Source: an uncultured delta proteobacterium
GTDB taxonomy: Bacteria; Desulfobacterota; Syntrophobacteria; BM002
Assembly (NCBI GenBank): GCA_963712115.1
Contig: CAVQGX010000027.1
Span: forward strand, 32,001 to 96,000
DNA: 64,000 nt
Direction of reading: 5' to 3'
In this document: piece after piece, positions 29,659-42,588 of the stretch
Layout: each line of letters begins with the position of its first letter
Numbering within the stretch: the stretch's first letter is position 1
Notes under the pieces: generated by a model
Told to the model about the DNA's origin: nothing
Seen by the model: the letters and a program-made list of their open reading frames with translations, nothing else
Database searches by the model: none
Program-made: the position numbers and the translations under genes

Positions 29659-32242
29659 TTGAGACAACCCCCTTGACACCTCCAGAAATAAGGGTTCCCA
29701 GATTAGTGAAAATACGCGGCAGGGCCATGCCGCCGGGGCAGGCCAGATATTTGGGGTTCCATTCCGGGTCGAATTTCTCTTTGTACTGCCGTAACCCCTG
29801 GAAGTTGTAAAAGTGCTCCCCGTGACGGAAAACAAATGCGCCGAGCCGGTTCCAGAGAGGAGCGAGTTCGTGGTCCTCAAGCCCGGATAGCGGCGCCATG
29901 CCCAAATTGAACCAGTGGTAGCCCTCCTTTTTTCCCCAGAGTATGAGCTGAATGAACAGGTATTCCATAATCCCGTGCGGGGCCTCCTCCAGGTAACGCA
30001 TCAGGTCTATGGAAAGTTCATCCTTATTTGCTCCTGACCAAAGGTTAGTAAAGGCGAGAATTTTCCCATTCTTGCGAACAATACCTACGGGGTTCTTTTG
30101 CAGGTACTCTGCACTGAAAAACCCGAGAGAAAACTTTTTCTCGCGAGTATTTTTTGCCGCCAGCCAACCGTCGGAGATGCTTTTGAGTTCAGGAAGAATT
30201 GCAGAAATCCCTTCAGTCCCGATGAGCGCAAAAGTGCAGCCTTCCTCTTCCAGCTTGCGCAGGGTGCGGCGGAACCCCTTGCGTCCGCTTCCTTCCATGG
30301 AAAAGATATCCAGGGGGACACGGGCTTCTTCTCCCAGTTTCAAAACAGTAAGCCCCAGTTCTAAATACAAATGGAGGTGTTCCGCCCCCACTTCATAGAA
30401 CACGGGCCAGTCGTAGTGGTGGTCGCACAGTTCCCTGTATCGCCAGAGCAAATCAGCCCACTCGTCTACTGGGCCCACGGGATCCCCCATGGCTACCCAG
30501 CTGCGGCCTTCAACAGCATACATAATGAAGGCATTACCCTTCTGGCTGAAAAGAAAGGTTTTGTCGCCCAGCAAGGCGAGATTGGCAGAGGTCTGGCGTG
30601 ATTGCTGGACTATGGATAAAATCCTTTCCATATCTTTCAGAGTCGGAACCAGGGGTTTCGGGGGAGATGGGCGAATAAGTCTTGCCAAAGCGAAGGTCAG
30701 GGCAAGAATCACAGCTCCCACCGAGGCACGGAGAAATCGCGGGGCCTTTTTGTCAAAAGCAAATTCCCACCAAAGATCTCCCGAATACTCTACATGCTTG
30801 TAGGAGAACATCCCGAGCCAGGCGGAACAAAGCAGCACCAGAATGATGCCGGCGATCCAACCCGGGCTGAAACGCTGGTCTAGGAGAGACGCCTTCCTGT
30901 GAAATTGGCGTCGGAAAGGAAGAAGGGCAGCAAGCATAAACGCCAGGAGAAGCGCCTCTTCGTAGTCCCATCCCTTGAGCAGGGCAAAGACTATGCCGAA
31001 GCCGAGGAGGACAAGAGTGAGATGATAGGCGGCATCGAGCCTTCTTTGGAGACCGCGAGCTAAAAGAAGTAAGCCCATTCCAACCAGACTGGCGAAGAAG
31101 TGGGAGAGTTCCAGAGCCGGAAGTGGAAGGAAATTTTTCAGCCAGGTGAGACGCGCGTCAACCGCAGGAGTAGCCCCGGAGAAGAGAAGAATCGCCCCCC
31201 CAACAAAAACGGTAAAAGCAAAAACAGGCGGTACCAGCCCGGAACTCCATTGGGCGAAGACTGCGGCAAATTTTTTAAAACCCTCTTGCCTCTGGAGCAG
31301 CTCCTGGATAGCCAGCAAAAGTGCGGCCAGAAAAAGGGGGAGAAGATAGTAGATGAACCTGTAAACCAAAAGCACGCCAAGGATCTCTGAGGCAGGCAGA
31401 GTTGGCGAAAGAAGCAGGACGACTATTGTTTCGAAAACGCCGAGACCCCCTGGGACCTGGCTTATCAGGCCACCTGTTTGGGCCAGCAGATAGATGCCAA
31501 GAAATCCCGGGAAAGAAAGAGCCGCAACTTTCGGCAGGAGAGCATAAAGAACTCCCCCAGCCAGGGCCCAGTCCATGGAAGCGATTCCAACCTGGGCGAC
31601 CAGCACTTGGGCGGAAGGAAAAGAAAACTCCCAGTCTCGAATCCTGACGGACCTTTTACCCATAACAGTCCACAGGAGGTATGCCGCCACAATAGCAAGG
31701 AATATTCTTCCAAGCGTGTGGGCGGAAGCAAAGGGAAGATGCAATACCTTGGGTAGCATCAAAGGCTCGAAGAGGAAAACCACGCCGCCAAGGGTGAAGA
31801 ACCCGAGCCAGAGGGTCAGGCTGCAGAAGGCCACCACCTTGGTGATCTCCAGGGCGGAAAGCCCCCAGGCCGAGTAAAGGCGATAGCGCACGGAGCCTCC
31901 GGCGATCATGCCGAAGCCCATGTTGTTACTGAAGGCATAGCTGATAAAGGAGGCCAGGCCGAATTTACGATACGGGAGGGCATGTCGAACATAGCGCAAG
32001 GCCAGAGCGTCATAGCCCGTCATAACGAGATAGCTCAAAAAAGTGAGAGCCAGGGCGGCGAAAAATCTTTCTCCCGGTAGGTTCTCGAGGCTCTGGATGA
32101 TGTCGTGAAAACGGTACGCTTTGAGCTGATGATGCAGCACCCAGAGGGCCCCGGCAAAAAGCAGCAACCCTAACAGGGGGCCAATCCTGTGCAAGAGTCT
32201 TGACCTCATTGACGGGCTATCTGAAGCAGGCACAACTTCCAT
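29654..32242 (-). CDS. mprF: Bifunctional lysylphosphatidylglycerol flippase/synthetase
   Basis: Multi-TM flippase (VPGGLGVFE), GDPVG, EKKFSLG, DLMRY, NLGMAPLSG, YNFQGLRQYKEKFDPEW. Confidence 0.95.
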   Translation of the reverse strand: MEVVPASDSPSMRSRLLHRIGPLLGLLLFAGALWVLHHQLKAYRFHDIIQSLENLPGERFFAALALTFLSYLVMTGYDALALRYVRHALPYRKFGLASFISYAFSNNMGFGMIAGGSVRYRLYSAWGLSALEITKVVAFCSLTLWLGFFTLGGVVFLFEPLMLPKVLHLPFASAHTLGRIFLAIVAAYLLWTVMGKRSVRIRDWEFSFPSAQVLVAQVGIASMDWALAGGVLYALLPKVAALSFPGFLGIYLLAQTGGLISQVPGGLGVFETIVVLLLSPTLPASEILGVLLVYRFIYYLLPLFLAALLLAIQELLQRQEGFKKFAAVFAQWSSGLVPPVFAFTVFVGGAILLFSGATPAVDARLTWLKNFLPLPALELSHFFASLVGMGLLLLARGLQRRLDAAYHLTLVLLGFGIVFALLKGWDYEEALLLAFMLAALLPFRRQFHRKASLLDQRFSPGWIAGIILVLLCSAWLGMFSYKHVEYSGDLWWEFAFDKKAPRFLRASVGAVILALTFALARLIRPSPPKPLVPTLKDMERILSIVQQSRQTSANLALLGDKTFLFSQKGNAFIMYAVEGRSWVAMGDPVGPVDEWADLLWRYRELCDHHYDWPVFYEVGAEHLHLYLELGLTVLKLGEEARVPLDIFSMEGSGRKGFRRTLRKLEEEGCTFALIGTEGISAILPELKSISDGWLAAKNTREKKFSLGFFSAEYLQKNPVGIVRKNGKILAFTNLWSGANKDELSIDLMRYLEEAPHGIMEYLFIQLILWGKKEGYHWFNLGMAPLSGLEDHELAPLWNRLGAFVFRHGEHFYNFQGLRQYKEKFDPEWNPKYLACPGGMALPRIFTNLGTLISGGVKGVVSK

Positions 32243-32243
32243 G

Positions 32244-34766
<2,523 letters not shown>

Positions 34767-34807
34767 ACCGGCTTCCTCCTCGATAACTGCTCACCGAAGG
34801 CCTGAAA

Positions 34808-35398
34808 CTACGAGTTTCCCGATGACTTTGAAAGAGCGCTCTTGCTTTTCCTGCCTCGGTAGAGGTGCACGATCCAGACTAATAAACCAATTATTGAGAT
34901 TGCAAAAAGTGCTTCAACTTCGTAGCGTTTGACGTCTCCAATGACCACCTCCAAAGCAGAGCCGAATAAGTAGCCTCCAGTACCGACAACCACCGCCCAG
35001 ACCAACGCTCCAATGGCGTTAAGGAGGATGAATCGGCGCACTGGAACTGAGCTCATGCCAATGACGAAGGGAGACACTGTGCGCAATCCATATAAAAAAC
35101 GAAAAATCAAAATAAAGGGCGTCCGGAAGCGTTCAAGCAGCCTGTTGGCCTTGTCAGCCCGGGCTTTCCATGTGGGCCGCCTGGCCAGAACCGCCTGACT
35201 ATGCTTCCGGCCCAGAAAGAAAAAGAACTGGTCGCCGCAGAGGCTACCGAAAAAAGCTGCGACGATCACCCAAGGCAATGCCAGATATCCCCGGTGGGCT
35301 GCAAAGCCGCCCAAGACAAGAATGGTCTCGCCCTCGAGGCAGGTCCCGATCAGCACCGCCACATAACCATAGGTGTCAACAATAGATTCCAGTGTCAT
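34808..35398 (-). CDS. DedA family membrane protein
   Basis: LEGETIL, GDQFFF, RFLYGLRT, NAIGALVW. Confidence 0.9.
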   Translation of the reverse strand: MTLESIVDTYGYVAVLIGTCLEGETILVLGGFAAHRGYLALPWVIVAAFFGSLCGDQFFFFLGRKHSQAVLARRPTWKARADKANRLLERFRTPFILIFRFLYGLRTVSPFVIGMSSVPVRRFILLNAIGALVWAVVVGTGGYLFGSALEVVIGDVKRYEVEALFAISIIGLLVWIVHLYRGRKSKSALSKSSGNS

Positions 35399-36229
35399 TA
35401 TAAGTAACGCTCCTCTTACTTGAGGTGTCCCTGTTGATCTCGACAGGGCTCCGAATCTCCCGTGGATCAATTATGCCGAGGCAGAACTTTTTTCTATTAG
35501 TTGCTTCAATTTGTTCAGCATGGCGGGATTCTCCTAAAAAAGAGATTGTGCTGGCAAAATCAATTATCTTCTTTTTTCAGGTATGTTTTTACTGACTATA
35601 TTTTTAGATAATGCGATCCACCTTGTAAAGAATGGCTACTATTAAGATTGCCCCCCCGAGCATCCAGGTTGGACCAAAGTGCCAGAGGACGAATGGAACA
35701 GCAAGGTAATAGGCTCTCATGCCCAGGGTGTAATGAGTGGTCCCGCGGTTAAGAACTTTGGTGACGGTAGGTAGATTGCACCCACTCCAGTCGCAGGTGG
35801 TTGGTGAGGCCGATGGAGGTTGTCATGGGTGCTTTGCGTAGTTGGTGAATAAGATGAATGTGATATATAAGCAGAATAAGAAATGCTGTTGAGGTAACGA
35901 ATATTTCGATCACTGGCAGGGATATCATGAGCTGCTATTCTCGCTAATTGATATTTTTCTCCTCTACCTCTTGTCTGGTCTGGGAGATTATTTCCTTGAT
36001 GTGGAGTTTAGCTAAGGATCTGACAGCGACGAGCCGAGTTTCCAAGCATACTAACACAGAATGGCTCATGATATGAAGATCCTAAATTTTCAGAGACCAG
36101 GGAATGGTAACAACTAGGCCGCGGGCTTTTTTGATGATATAGGGCCTTATACTGGAAAGCCGGGAGCAAGGGGAAAAAGCTCACATTTTATGTGGCTTTG
36201 GCTTCGCAATTTTGGAAAAGGGAGCGACT

Positions 36230-36937
36230 ATGGAAAAAGATACAGAAAAAACGGTTAACTGTCAGGTGTGTAAGCAAGCGAAAATCATGGACGAGGTTCT
36301 TTATGCTGAACTGGTTCGCCCCTCAGTGGTTGAGACCATTCGAAAAAAATTCCCTGACTGGTCTGACTCTGGCTATATTTGCCTCAATGACCTAAATCAC
36401 TTCAGGGCAGAGTATGTTGAAGACGTCCTTGTGGCGGATAAAGGGGAGCTGTCTCTGCTCGAGTCTGAGGTGGTGAGAAGCATGACGGAGCACGAGTTAC
36501 TTTCCCGGGACATAAACACCGATTTCAGAGAACAACTGACCCTCGGCCAGCGCATGGCAGACAGGGTGGCCGAGTTCGGTGGAAGCTGGAATTTCATCCT
36601 CTGCTTCGCTGCCGTTATGCTCTTTTGGATAGTTACGAACTCCATTGCCCTTATCTGGCGTCCATTCGATCCCTACCCCTTTATTCTTCTCAACCTGGTA
36701 CTCTCGTGCCTGGCGGCCATGCAGGCGCCCGTCATTATGATGAGTCAGAACCGACAGGAGGCCAAAGATCGCTTGCGCGCCGAACATGAGTATCGGGTAA
36801 ATCTCAAAGCCGAACTAGAAATCCGCCATCTGAACGAGAAGATTGACCACCTAATTATCCACCAGTGGGAGAGGCTCCTGGAGATTCAGCAGATTCAGAT
36901 GGAACTCATGGAAGAACTGGTGCCCAAAAATAGATGA
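36230..36937 (+). CDS. DUF1003 domain-containing protein
   Basis: ADRVAEFGGSW, FDPYPFILLNL, QAPVIMMSQNRQ; N-terminal CxxC. Confidence 0.9.
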   Translation: MEKDTEKTVNCQVCKQAKIMDEVLYAELVRPSVVETIRKKFPDWSDSGYICLNDLNHFRAEYVEDVLVADKGELSLLESEVVRSMTEHELLSRDINTDFREQLTLGQRMADRVAEFGGSWNFILCFAAVMLFWIVTNSIALIWRPFDPYPFILLNLVLSCLAAMQAPVIMMSQNRQEAKDRLRAEHEYRVNLKAELEIRHLNEKIDHLIIHQWERLLEIQQIQMELMEELVPKNR

Positions 36938-37058
36938 AGAAGCTGATGCGAAACTATGGTGGCAGGGAGATTAAAGAAAACCGCATCCCCCGGAGGGCTC
37001 ACCGCAATATCGGGGAACAAAGCCCTTATGATACTGATTAGTTATCAAGGAGGAGAGC

Positions 37059-38033
37059 ATGGTAAACAATGACGGGCTGATAGCAGCCTACATTCTTGAT
37101 GGAAACGGAGGCGGAAAGAGAGTTGGGTGGAAGGAGATCCAGGAGTGGACGCCTACAGCCGGATTACTCTGGGTCCACCTTAACTTCGAAGCCCCTGAGG
37201 CGCAACGGTGGATCAAGGAGGAAAGTCAACTGGAGGATGTTGTAGGCGATGCCTTGTTAGCGGAGGAAAGTCGTCCCCGCATCACAACCTTTGATGATGG
37301 CGTACTGGTCGCTTTGAGAGGGGTAAACCTCAATCCTGGAGCAGACCCGGAGGATATGGTATCGCTGCGCATGTGGGCGGAGAAAAACCGGATCATTACG
37401 ACCCGTAGACGAAAGCTGATGTCAGTGGCAGATCTGTGCACTGCCATAGAAAAAGGTAAGGGACCCAGAACGTCCGGCGAATTGCTGGAGGATGTGGCAG
37501 ATCGCCTCATGGTTCGCATGGGTGGTGTGATTAATGAGCTTGAAGACAAGGCGGCGGAGCTGGAAGAAGCAGTGCTGACGGAGGAGAGCCACGAACTGCG
37601 CCCCAAGCTCGCCGCGATCCGGCGAGACGCAATTAACCTCCGGAGGTATATGGCACCGCAGCGGGAGGCCATAGCACGATTGCAGGGTGAAAAGATTTCC
37701 TGGCTTGCCGAAGAAGACAGGGTGCGTCTTCGAGAAACATATGACCGGTTAACCCGCTACATAGAAGATCTGGATGCAGCGCGGGAGCGTGCTGCTGTTA
37801 CCCAAGAAGAGCTCATTAGCCGTTTATCAGAACAAATGGATAATCGTATGTATGTTCTGTCCATAGTCGCTGCTATTTTTCTACCACTTGGCTTTCTGAC
37901 CGGTCTCCTTGGTATTAATGTGGGGGGCGTTCCGGGTACTGAGTATAAAGCCGCATTCGCCATCTTTTGCATGTTGCTAGTGGCACTAGTCGTTATCGAA
38001 CTGATTATCTTTAAAAAAAAGAAATGGATGTAA
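37059..38033 (+). CDS. zntB: Zinc transporter ZntB (CorA superfamily)
   Basis: LRGVNLNPGADPEDMVSLR, LLGINVGG (GIN motif). Confidence 0.9.
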   Translation: MVNNDGLIAAYILDGNGGGKRVGWKEIQEWTPTAGLLWVHLNFEAPEAQRWIKEESQLEDVVGDALLAEESRPRITTFDDGVLVALRGVNLNPGADPEDMVSLRMWAEKNRIITTRRRKLMSVADLCTAIEKGKGPRTSGELLEDVADRLMVRMGGVINELEDKAAELEEAVLTEESHELRPKLAAIRRDAINLRRYMAPQREAIARLQGEKISWLAEEDRVRLRETYDRLTRYIEDLDAARERAAVTQEELISRLSEQMDNRMYVLSIVAAIFLPLGFLTGLLGINVGGVPGTEYKAAFAIFCMLLVALVVIELIIFKKKKWM

Positions 38034-38419
38034 CATCACTTTGGACACCTGTTATTAAGGTCTAATAAGTCTGGGGATAAATCACTACACCCAGCGCTTT
38101 TTTCTGATCAAAACCAGAAGATGATGTGTGTTAAATTGTTCGGATAATTTTTAAATTTTCTGCTATTGACCGGATTAGCTGGGCATTAGCCTGTGCCATT
38201 CCGGCGAGCGAACGCCGAGCGTTTTTCAAGATAGTAAAGTATGGGAACAGTTATCCTTAGTGCGTCATTGAGGTGCAAGCCCTGGTTCTGGGGGATGCTG
38301 GACAAATACTCGGGCCCATGAGTATACTGCAGTTGAGAAAAGTAAAATCCACCTGAAGAGGTTGTCGGACAACACCGCTGAGGGGACTTTGTGGTTTTTT
38401 TACTACAGGGAGGTTTGGC

Positions 38420-39019
38420 ATGAGAAAATTTGTTGTTTTTTTTCTCTCCTTCGTGCTGGCTGGCTTTTTTTCCTTTGCCAGCGCTGAGTCGAAAGAGTCG
38501 GCAAAACCATTCGGTTTCACCATTGACAAGACCTCATATGAGGAAGCCCTGGGGATCGTTCAAGCACGCAAGTGGAGATATCAGGAGTACGAGAAAAAGC
38601 AGTTCAAGGAAATCGACAAAAAAGATCCATTACGGGGCAAGAACACCTTCCTCAAGGTTTTGCCGGGAGATTTGGAAGGGGTAAGAAGCATTTTTGTCTT
38701 TTTTGACAACAAGTCCACCCTGGAAGCCATCATGGTCGTCATAGACCCGAAAATGTTTGACGGTGTCCTGCGAGTGCTCGATAGTAAATACAGCCAGGTG
38801 GAAAGAAATTTGTCCGGAGAAAAACTCGATGAGCCCTACCCATATGTCTTGTGGGAAAAGGGAACTGACTATATCGAATTACAGAAGGTGAGTGCTCATC
38901 GAGTCAGGGTGCTGTACGTTAACAAGGCGGTCTATGCCAATTACAGGGATTTTTTGAATACGAGCTACGAACGCTACGTGGGAAAGCTGGAAAAAAAGGA
39001 TTGGATGAACGAACTTTGA
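38420..39019 (+). CDS. Exported hypothetical protein
   Basis: Signal peptide (MRKFVVFFL...ASA), GGAGG RBS, 199 aa open frame. Confidence 0.7.
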   Translation: MRKFVVFFLSFVLAGFFSFASAESKESAKPFGFTIDKTSYEEALGIVQARKWRYQEYEKKQFKEIDKKDPLRGKNTFLKVLPGDLEGVRSIFVFFDNKSTLEAIMVVIDPKMFDGVLRVLDSKYSQVERNLSGEKLDEPYPYVLWEKGTDYIELQKVSAHRVRVLYVNKAVYANYRDFLNTSYERYVGKLEKKDWMNEL

Positions 39020-39029
39020 TCCGGTGAGG

Positions 39030-39112
39030 TGCGAGGAATCTCGACGCTGGTAATATCAACGGTTAACGAGATTCTTCGTCGTCCCGCCAAAGCCGGGACT
39101 CCTCAGAATGAC
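39030..39112. repeat. Degenerate family-B REP doublet
   Basis: GAGGAATCTCG...CGAGATTCTTCG...CTCAGAATGAC. Confidence 0.55.
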
Positions 39113-39499
39113 GGTTTGGGGGCTTTTTCAATACCCTGCTGGAGCGCCAAGGTATATTCTTCTTTCAACCTTCAAATAAATCTTGCCGAAATATTTTGCC
39201 TTGGCTTTGCCAACCTCGTGTATACTTTCCATTCAATTACTACCCTTTATCAGAACTATTGAGCGCGATCAGTCCCGCCACGGCGGGACGCTCAGCCATC
39301 AGCAAAATACATGTAAATACAACATATCAAGCTGACCGCTGATTGCTGAATGCTGACAGCTCCATCCGAGAATCTCGGATTCCCGGATGGACACTAATTA
39401 CTGAAATCTAACTGAGACAGCGGCCAAAGGCGCGACTGTTTATTTGTCCAGCGGGGCATTATCTTCGGATGACAAGATCAAAGTTTAGGAGCCAATAAA

Positions 39500-42082
39500 A
39501 TGATTCAAAAAAAGTCGCTATTTTCCTGGATTCTTCAGCGGTACCGCGGACTTCAGCTCCTCTTGCTCGGCCTCATTGCGGTGACCGTTTTTTTCCGCGT
39601 TGTTCCCCTGGAGCTGCAGAAGCGGATAATCAACAGGGCCATCAGTCTAAAGAAGATGGATCTGCTTTTCATCTACTGTAGTTTCTATCTGGTGGCGGTA
39701 ATACTTGCCGGCTCTTTGAAGTACCTTATCAACGTACTGCAGGGGTATATAGGACAGAAGATTCTCTACGAGATAAGGACCGAACTCTACCAGCACGTTC
39801 TCCGCTTACCGCTGCCTTTTTTCCGCCGCACTCCGCCAGGGATGGTTATCAGTTCTCTCACCTCGGAGCTGGCTGGGGTGGGCGATTTCCTGGGCGGCGC
39901 CCTGGCTGTGCCGGTAATAAATGTCCTCACCCTGTGCACCTTTGCCGGTTACCTGCTCTATCTCAATCCACTGCTTGCACTTCTGAGCTTCGGTATTTAC
40001 CCCATTGAGATCGCCATCATCCCCATGCTTCAGAAGCGCTATAACCGGATCAACTTTGAGCGTATCGACGTTAATCGCTCCCTGAGCAACACTATTGGTG
40101 AAGCAATTGCTGGAGTACATGAAGTCCAGGCACACGGCGGCTATCCCATCGAAGGGAAGAAATTTGGAACTTTTGCTGCCAAACTGGTTGATCTTCGTAA
40201 ACGGATGTACGTCCTCAACTACGGCATCAAGTTCACCAACAACTTCTTCCAGAATCTGGGCCCTTTTCTCCTCTTTCTCCTGGGGGGATATCTTACCATG
40301 GTTGGGCGCTTCGATCTGGGCGCCCTGGTCGCCTTCCTCTCGGCTAACGAAAAGCTCTACGATCCCTGGAGGGAAATTATGGATTACTACCAGGACCTTC
40401 AGGACAGCCGGGTTAGATATCGGAGGGTGATGGACTATTTTGACGCTGAACCAGAATTTCCCCTGGCGCCAACAGATCGTCAGCCCTATGAATTGGCAGG
40501 AGGAATCGAGGTAGAAGACTTGAGTTACATTGCTGAGGGACGGGCACAGTTGTTGGACCAGATTTCCCTGAGCCTCGAGCCTGGCAAACAGCTGGCCCTG
40601 GTTGGATTTTCGGGCAGCGGCAAGAGCACCCTGGCGCTGGTTTTGGGGCAGCTTTATTCATACGACAAGGGGCATGTTTTGCTGGACAATAGAGAACTGA
40701 AAACCCTTACCAAAATAGACGTAAGTCGAAACATCGGTTTCGTCTCGCAGCAGTCTTTCATATTCGACGGCACCATTCGGGAAAATTTACTTTATGCCTG
40801 CCAGGCCCTGATTACAGTTGAGGGTCCGGGTGAGAGGAAATCACTCCCGGACCGCCAGCGAATTCTTCAACTGGTGCGAGAGGTGGGACTGGGAGATGAT
40901 ATTTTACGCTTCGGCCTCAACACGGTAGTGCCAGAAAGTCGCCGTCAGGATCTGGTACCTCAATTGCTCAGACTCCGACAGATCTTCCACGGCCAGTGGG
41001 GGGGCGAGGTGGCTGAGCTGGTTGAATTCTTTGACGTCACCCAATTTCTCCAGCACCGAACTCTATATGGGAACATAGTGTTCGGTGATCCCGACCGCGA
41101 AGAGTATGAACTCAACAATCTGCCGAAAAATCCAACCTTTATAAGACTCCTGCGAGATACGGGTCTTTATCAGCCCCTTCTCGATCTGGGCAAAAGTTTG
41201 TTGGAGCGCACGGTGAGATTGTCCAAGGAGGTTGGCCAGGATTTTTCCCTTTTGGAAAACATTCCAATAGGTGCGGATCAGTTCGAGCAGTACAGGGAAC
41301 TGATGCGTCATATCTACGGAGCTCAACTGAATCAGTTGACCGGGAAAGATAACGAACTATTGCTTCGCCTGGCTTTGCAGTTTATCCCAGCCGAACATAA
41401 AATTGTGCAGTTACCCTTTTCCCTTGAAGAAAAGATCTTGACGACTCGGCACAAGTTCATCCGGGAGATTGGAGGGAAGAACTTACTCGAATGTCAATTC
41501 GGTGCAGAGGCAGATTTTCCGGATGAAATCAAAGGCAAAAGAGAAATAACCGACTTTTCGGTCTACTGCCCGACGCAATACCTCTACAGTAAGACCCTTC
41601 TTGATAATATCCTTTTCGGCCGAGTCAGAAAGGATCAGCCCCAGGCCTTGGAAAAGGTGCAGGAGCTGGTGGTGCAGCTATTGAATAACGAAAATCTTCT
41701 TGATGAGGTGCTTGATATGGGTCTGGACTTCCAGGTGGGAAGCAAGGGAGATCGACTCTCCGGTGGGCAGAAACAGAAGGTAGCCCTGATACGGGCTTTG
41801 CTCAAGGAACCACGAATCCTGATTCTAGACGAAGCCACGGCCAGTCTGGACAATGCCTCACAGGCACGCATTCAACGATTACTGGAGACGGATCTGAGAG
41901 GAAAGTGCACGGTGGTGGCAGTAGTTCACCGGCTTGACACGGTAACGGCCTATGACCAGATTGCAGTTTTGAAGGGCGGTCAGTTGGTGGAGAGGGGTAC
42001 GTACGAGCAACTCATGGCAGCAGAAGGTGTTTTCTATAATCTCAAACAAGGAATTGCGGGGTTGTCGAATGCGACGACGTGA
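39500..42082 (+). CDS. ABC exporter (TMD + NBD fusion) with a large insertion in the NBD
   Basis: N-terminal ABC membrane domain, Walker A GFSGSGKST, signature LSGGQ and ILDEATASLD roughly 380 aa downstream of Walker A. Confidence 0.88.
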   Translation: MIQKKSLFSWILQRYRGLQLLLLGLIAVTVFFRVVPLELQKRIINRAISLKKMDLLFIYCSFYLVAVILAGSLKYLINVLQGYIGQKILYEIRTELYQHVLRLPLPFFRRTPPGMVISSLTSELAGVGDFLGGALAVPVINVLTLCTFAGYLLYLNPLLALLSFGIYPIEIAIIPMLQKRYNRINFERIDVNRSLSNTIGEAIAGVHEVQAHGGYPIEGKKFGTFAAKLVDLRKRMYVLNYGIKFTNNFFQNLGPFLLFLLGGYLTMVGRFDLGALVAFLSANEKLYDPWREIMDYYQDLQDSRVRYRRVMDYFDAEPEFPLAPTDRQPYELAGGIEVEDLSYIAEGRAQLLDQISLSLEPGKQLALVGFSGSGKSTLALVLGQLYSYDKGHVLLDNRELKTLTKIDVSRNIGFVSQQSFIFDGTIRENLLYACQALITVEGPGERKSLPDRQRILQLVREVGLGDDILRFGLNTVVPESRRQDLVPQLLRLRQIFHGQWGGEVAELVEFFDVTQFLQHRTLYGNIVFGDPDREEYELNNLPKNPTFIRLLRDTGLYQPLLDLGKSLLERTVRLSKEVGQDFSLLENIPIGADQFEQYRELMRHIYGAQLNQLTGKDNELLLRLALQFIPAEHKIVQLPFSLEEKILTTRHKFIREIGGKNLLECQFGAEADFPDEIKGKREITDFSVYCPTQYLYSKTLLDNILFGRVRKDQPQALEKVQELVVQLLNNENLLDEVLDMGLDFQVGSKGDRLSGGQKQKVALIRALLKEPRILILDEATASLDNASQARIQRLLETDLRGKCTVVAVVHRLDTVTAYDQIAVLKGGQLVERGTYEQLMAAEGVFYNLKQGIAGLSNATT

Positions 42083-42588
42083 AGCAATGTGAGAAGAATA
42101 ATCAGGAGTTTCCCCAAAAATCAGCGTATGATTCTTCTAACCTGTTTTTAACAGCCACTTTACATTGGCATGCAAATGTGATTACCTTTGCTGATGTCTC
42201 TTCAGTCGTTCCAGGGCTCACGGTCTGGTCACTTCTAGCCCAGCTGTGCCCGGGGGAAGGCACCCCCTCCCTGTCCCCGCCTTCGCAAAGCTTCGGCGGG
42301 CCAGGGGCTCCCCCAGTCACAGCCGGGGAAGTGAAACAGACCTTCCGCAGTCACTCAGAAGAAACATCATCAAAGGCCAAAAGGGAAGGCTGCGAAACAA
42401 CGAGCATCTGAGCAACCTGTCTTTACGCATCTAAGTCTCGAAAGGGCCTGCATGAAGATGTGGTGCTTCCTCTACTTGGACACTGCCAATAAATGGCGCG
42501 AATATGATGGTTGTGGAGTAGCCTTCCCGTGGCCTGTGTCACAAAAATATTTTTGGGGAAACTCCTCGGAAAGAATACTGAGTTTGAG

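Noticed and set aside
35540-36200. 660-bp intergenic stretch examined for an Mg2+ (M-box) riboswitch or a gene remnant
   Set aside because: No recognisable riboswitch core, and short frames (e.g. PPEHPGWTKVPEDEW) could not be assigned to a family.
42079-42560. GC-rich hairpins and a 110-aa ORF downstream of the ABC exporter, considered as SRP/6S RNA or a CDS
   Set aside because: SRP and 6S signature motifs are absent. CCGCCTTCGCAAAGCTTCGGCGG looks like a REP-type hairpin and the ORF has low-complexity composition.
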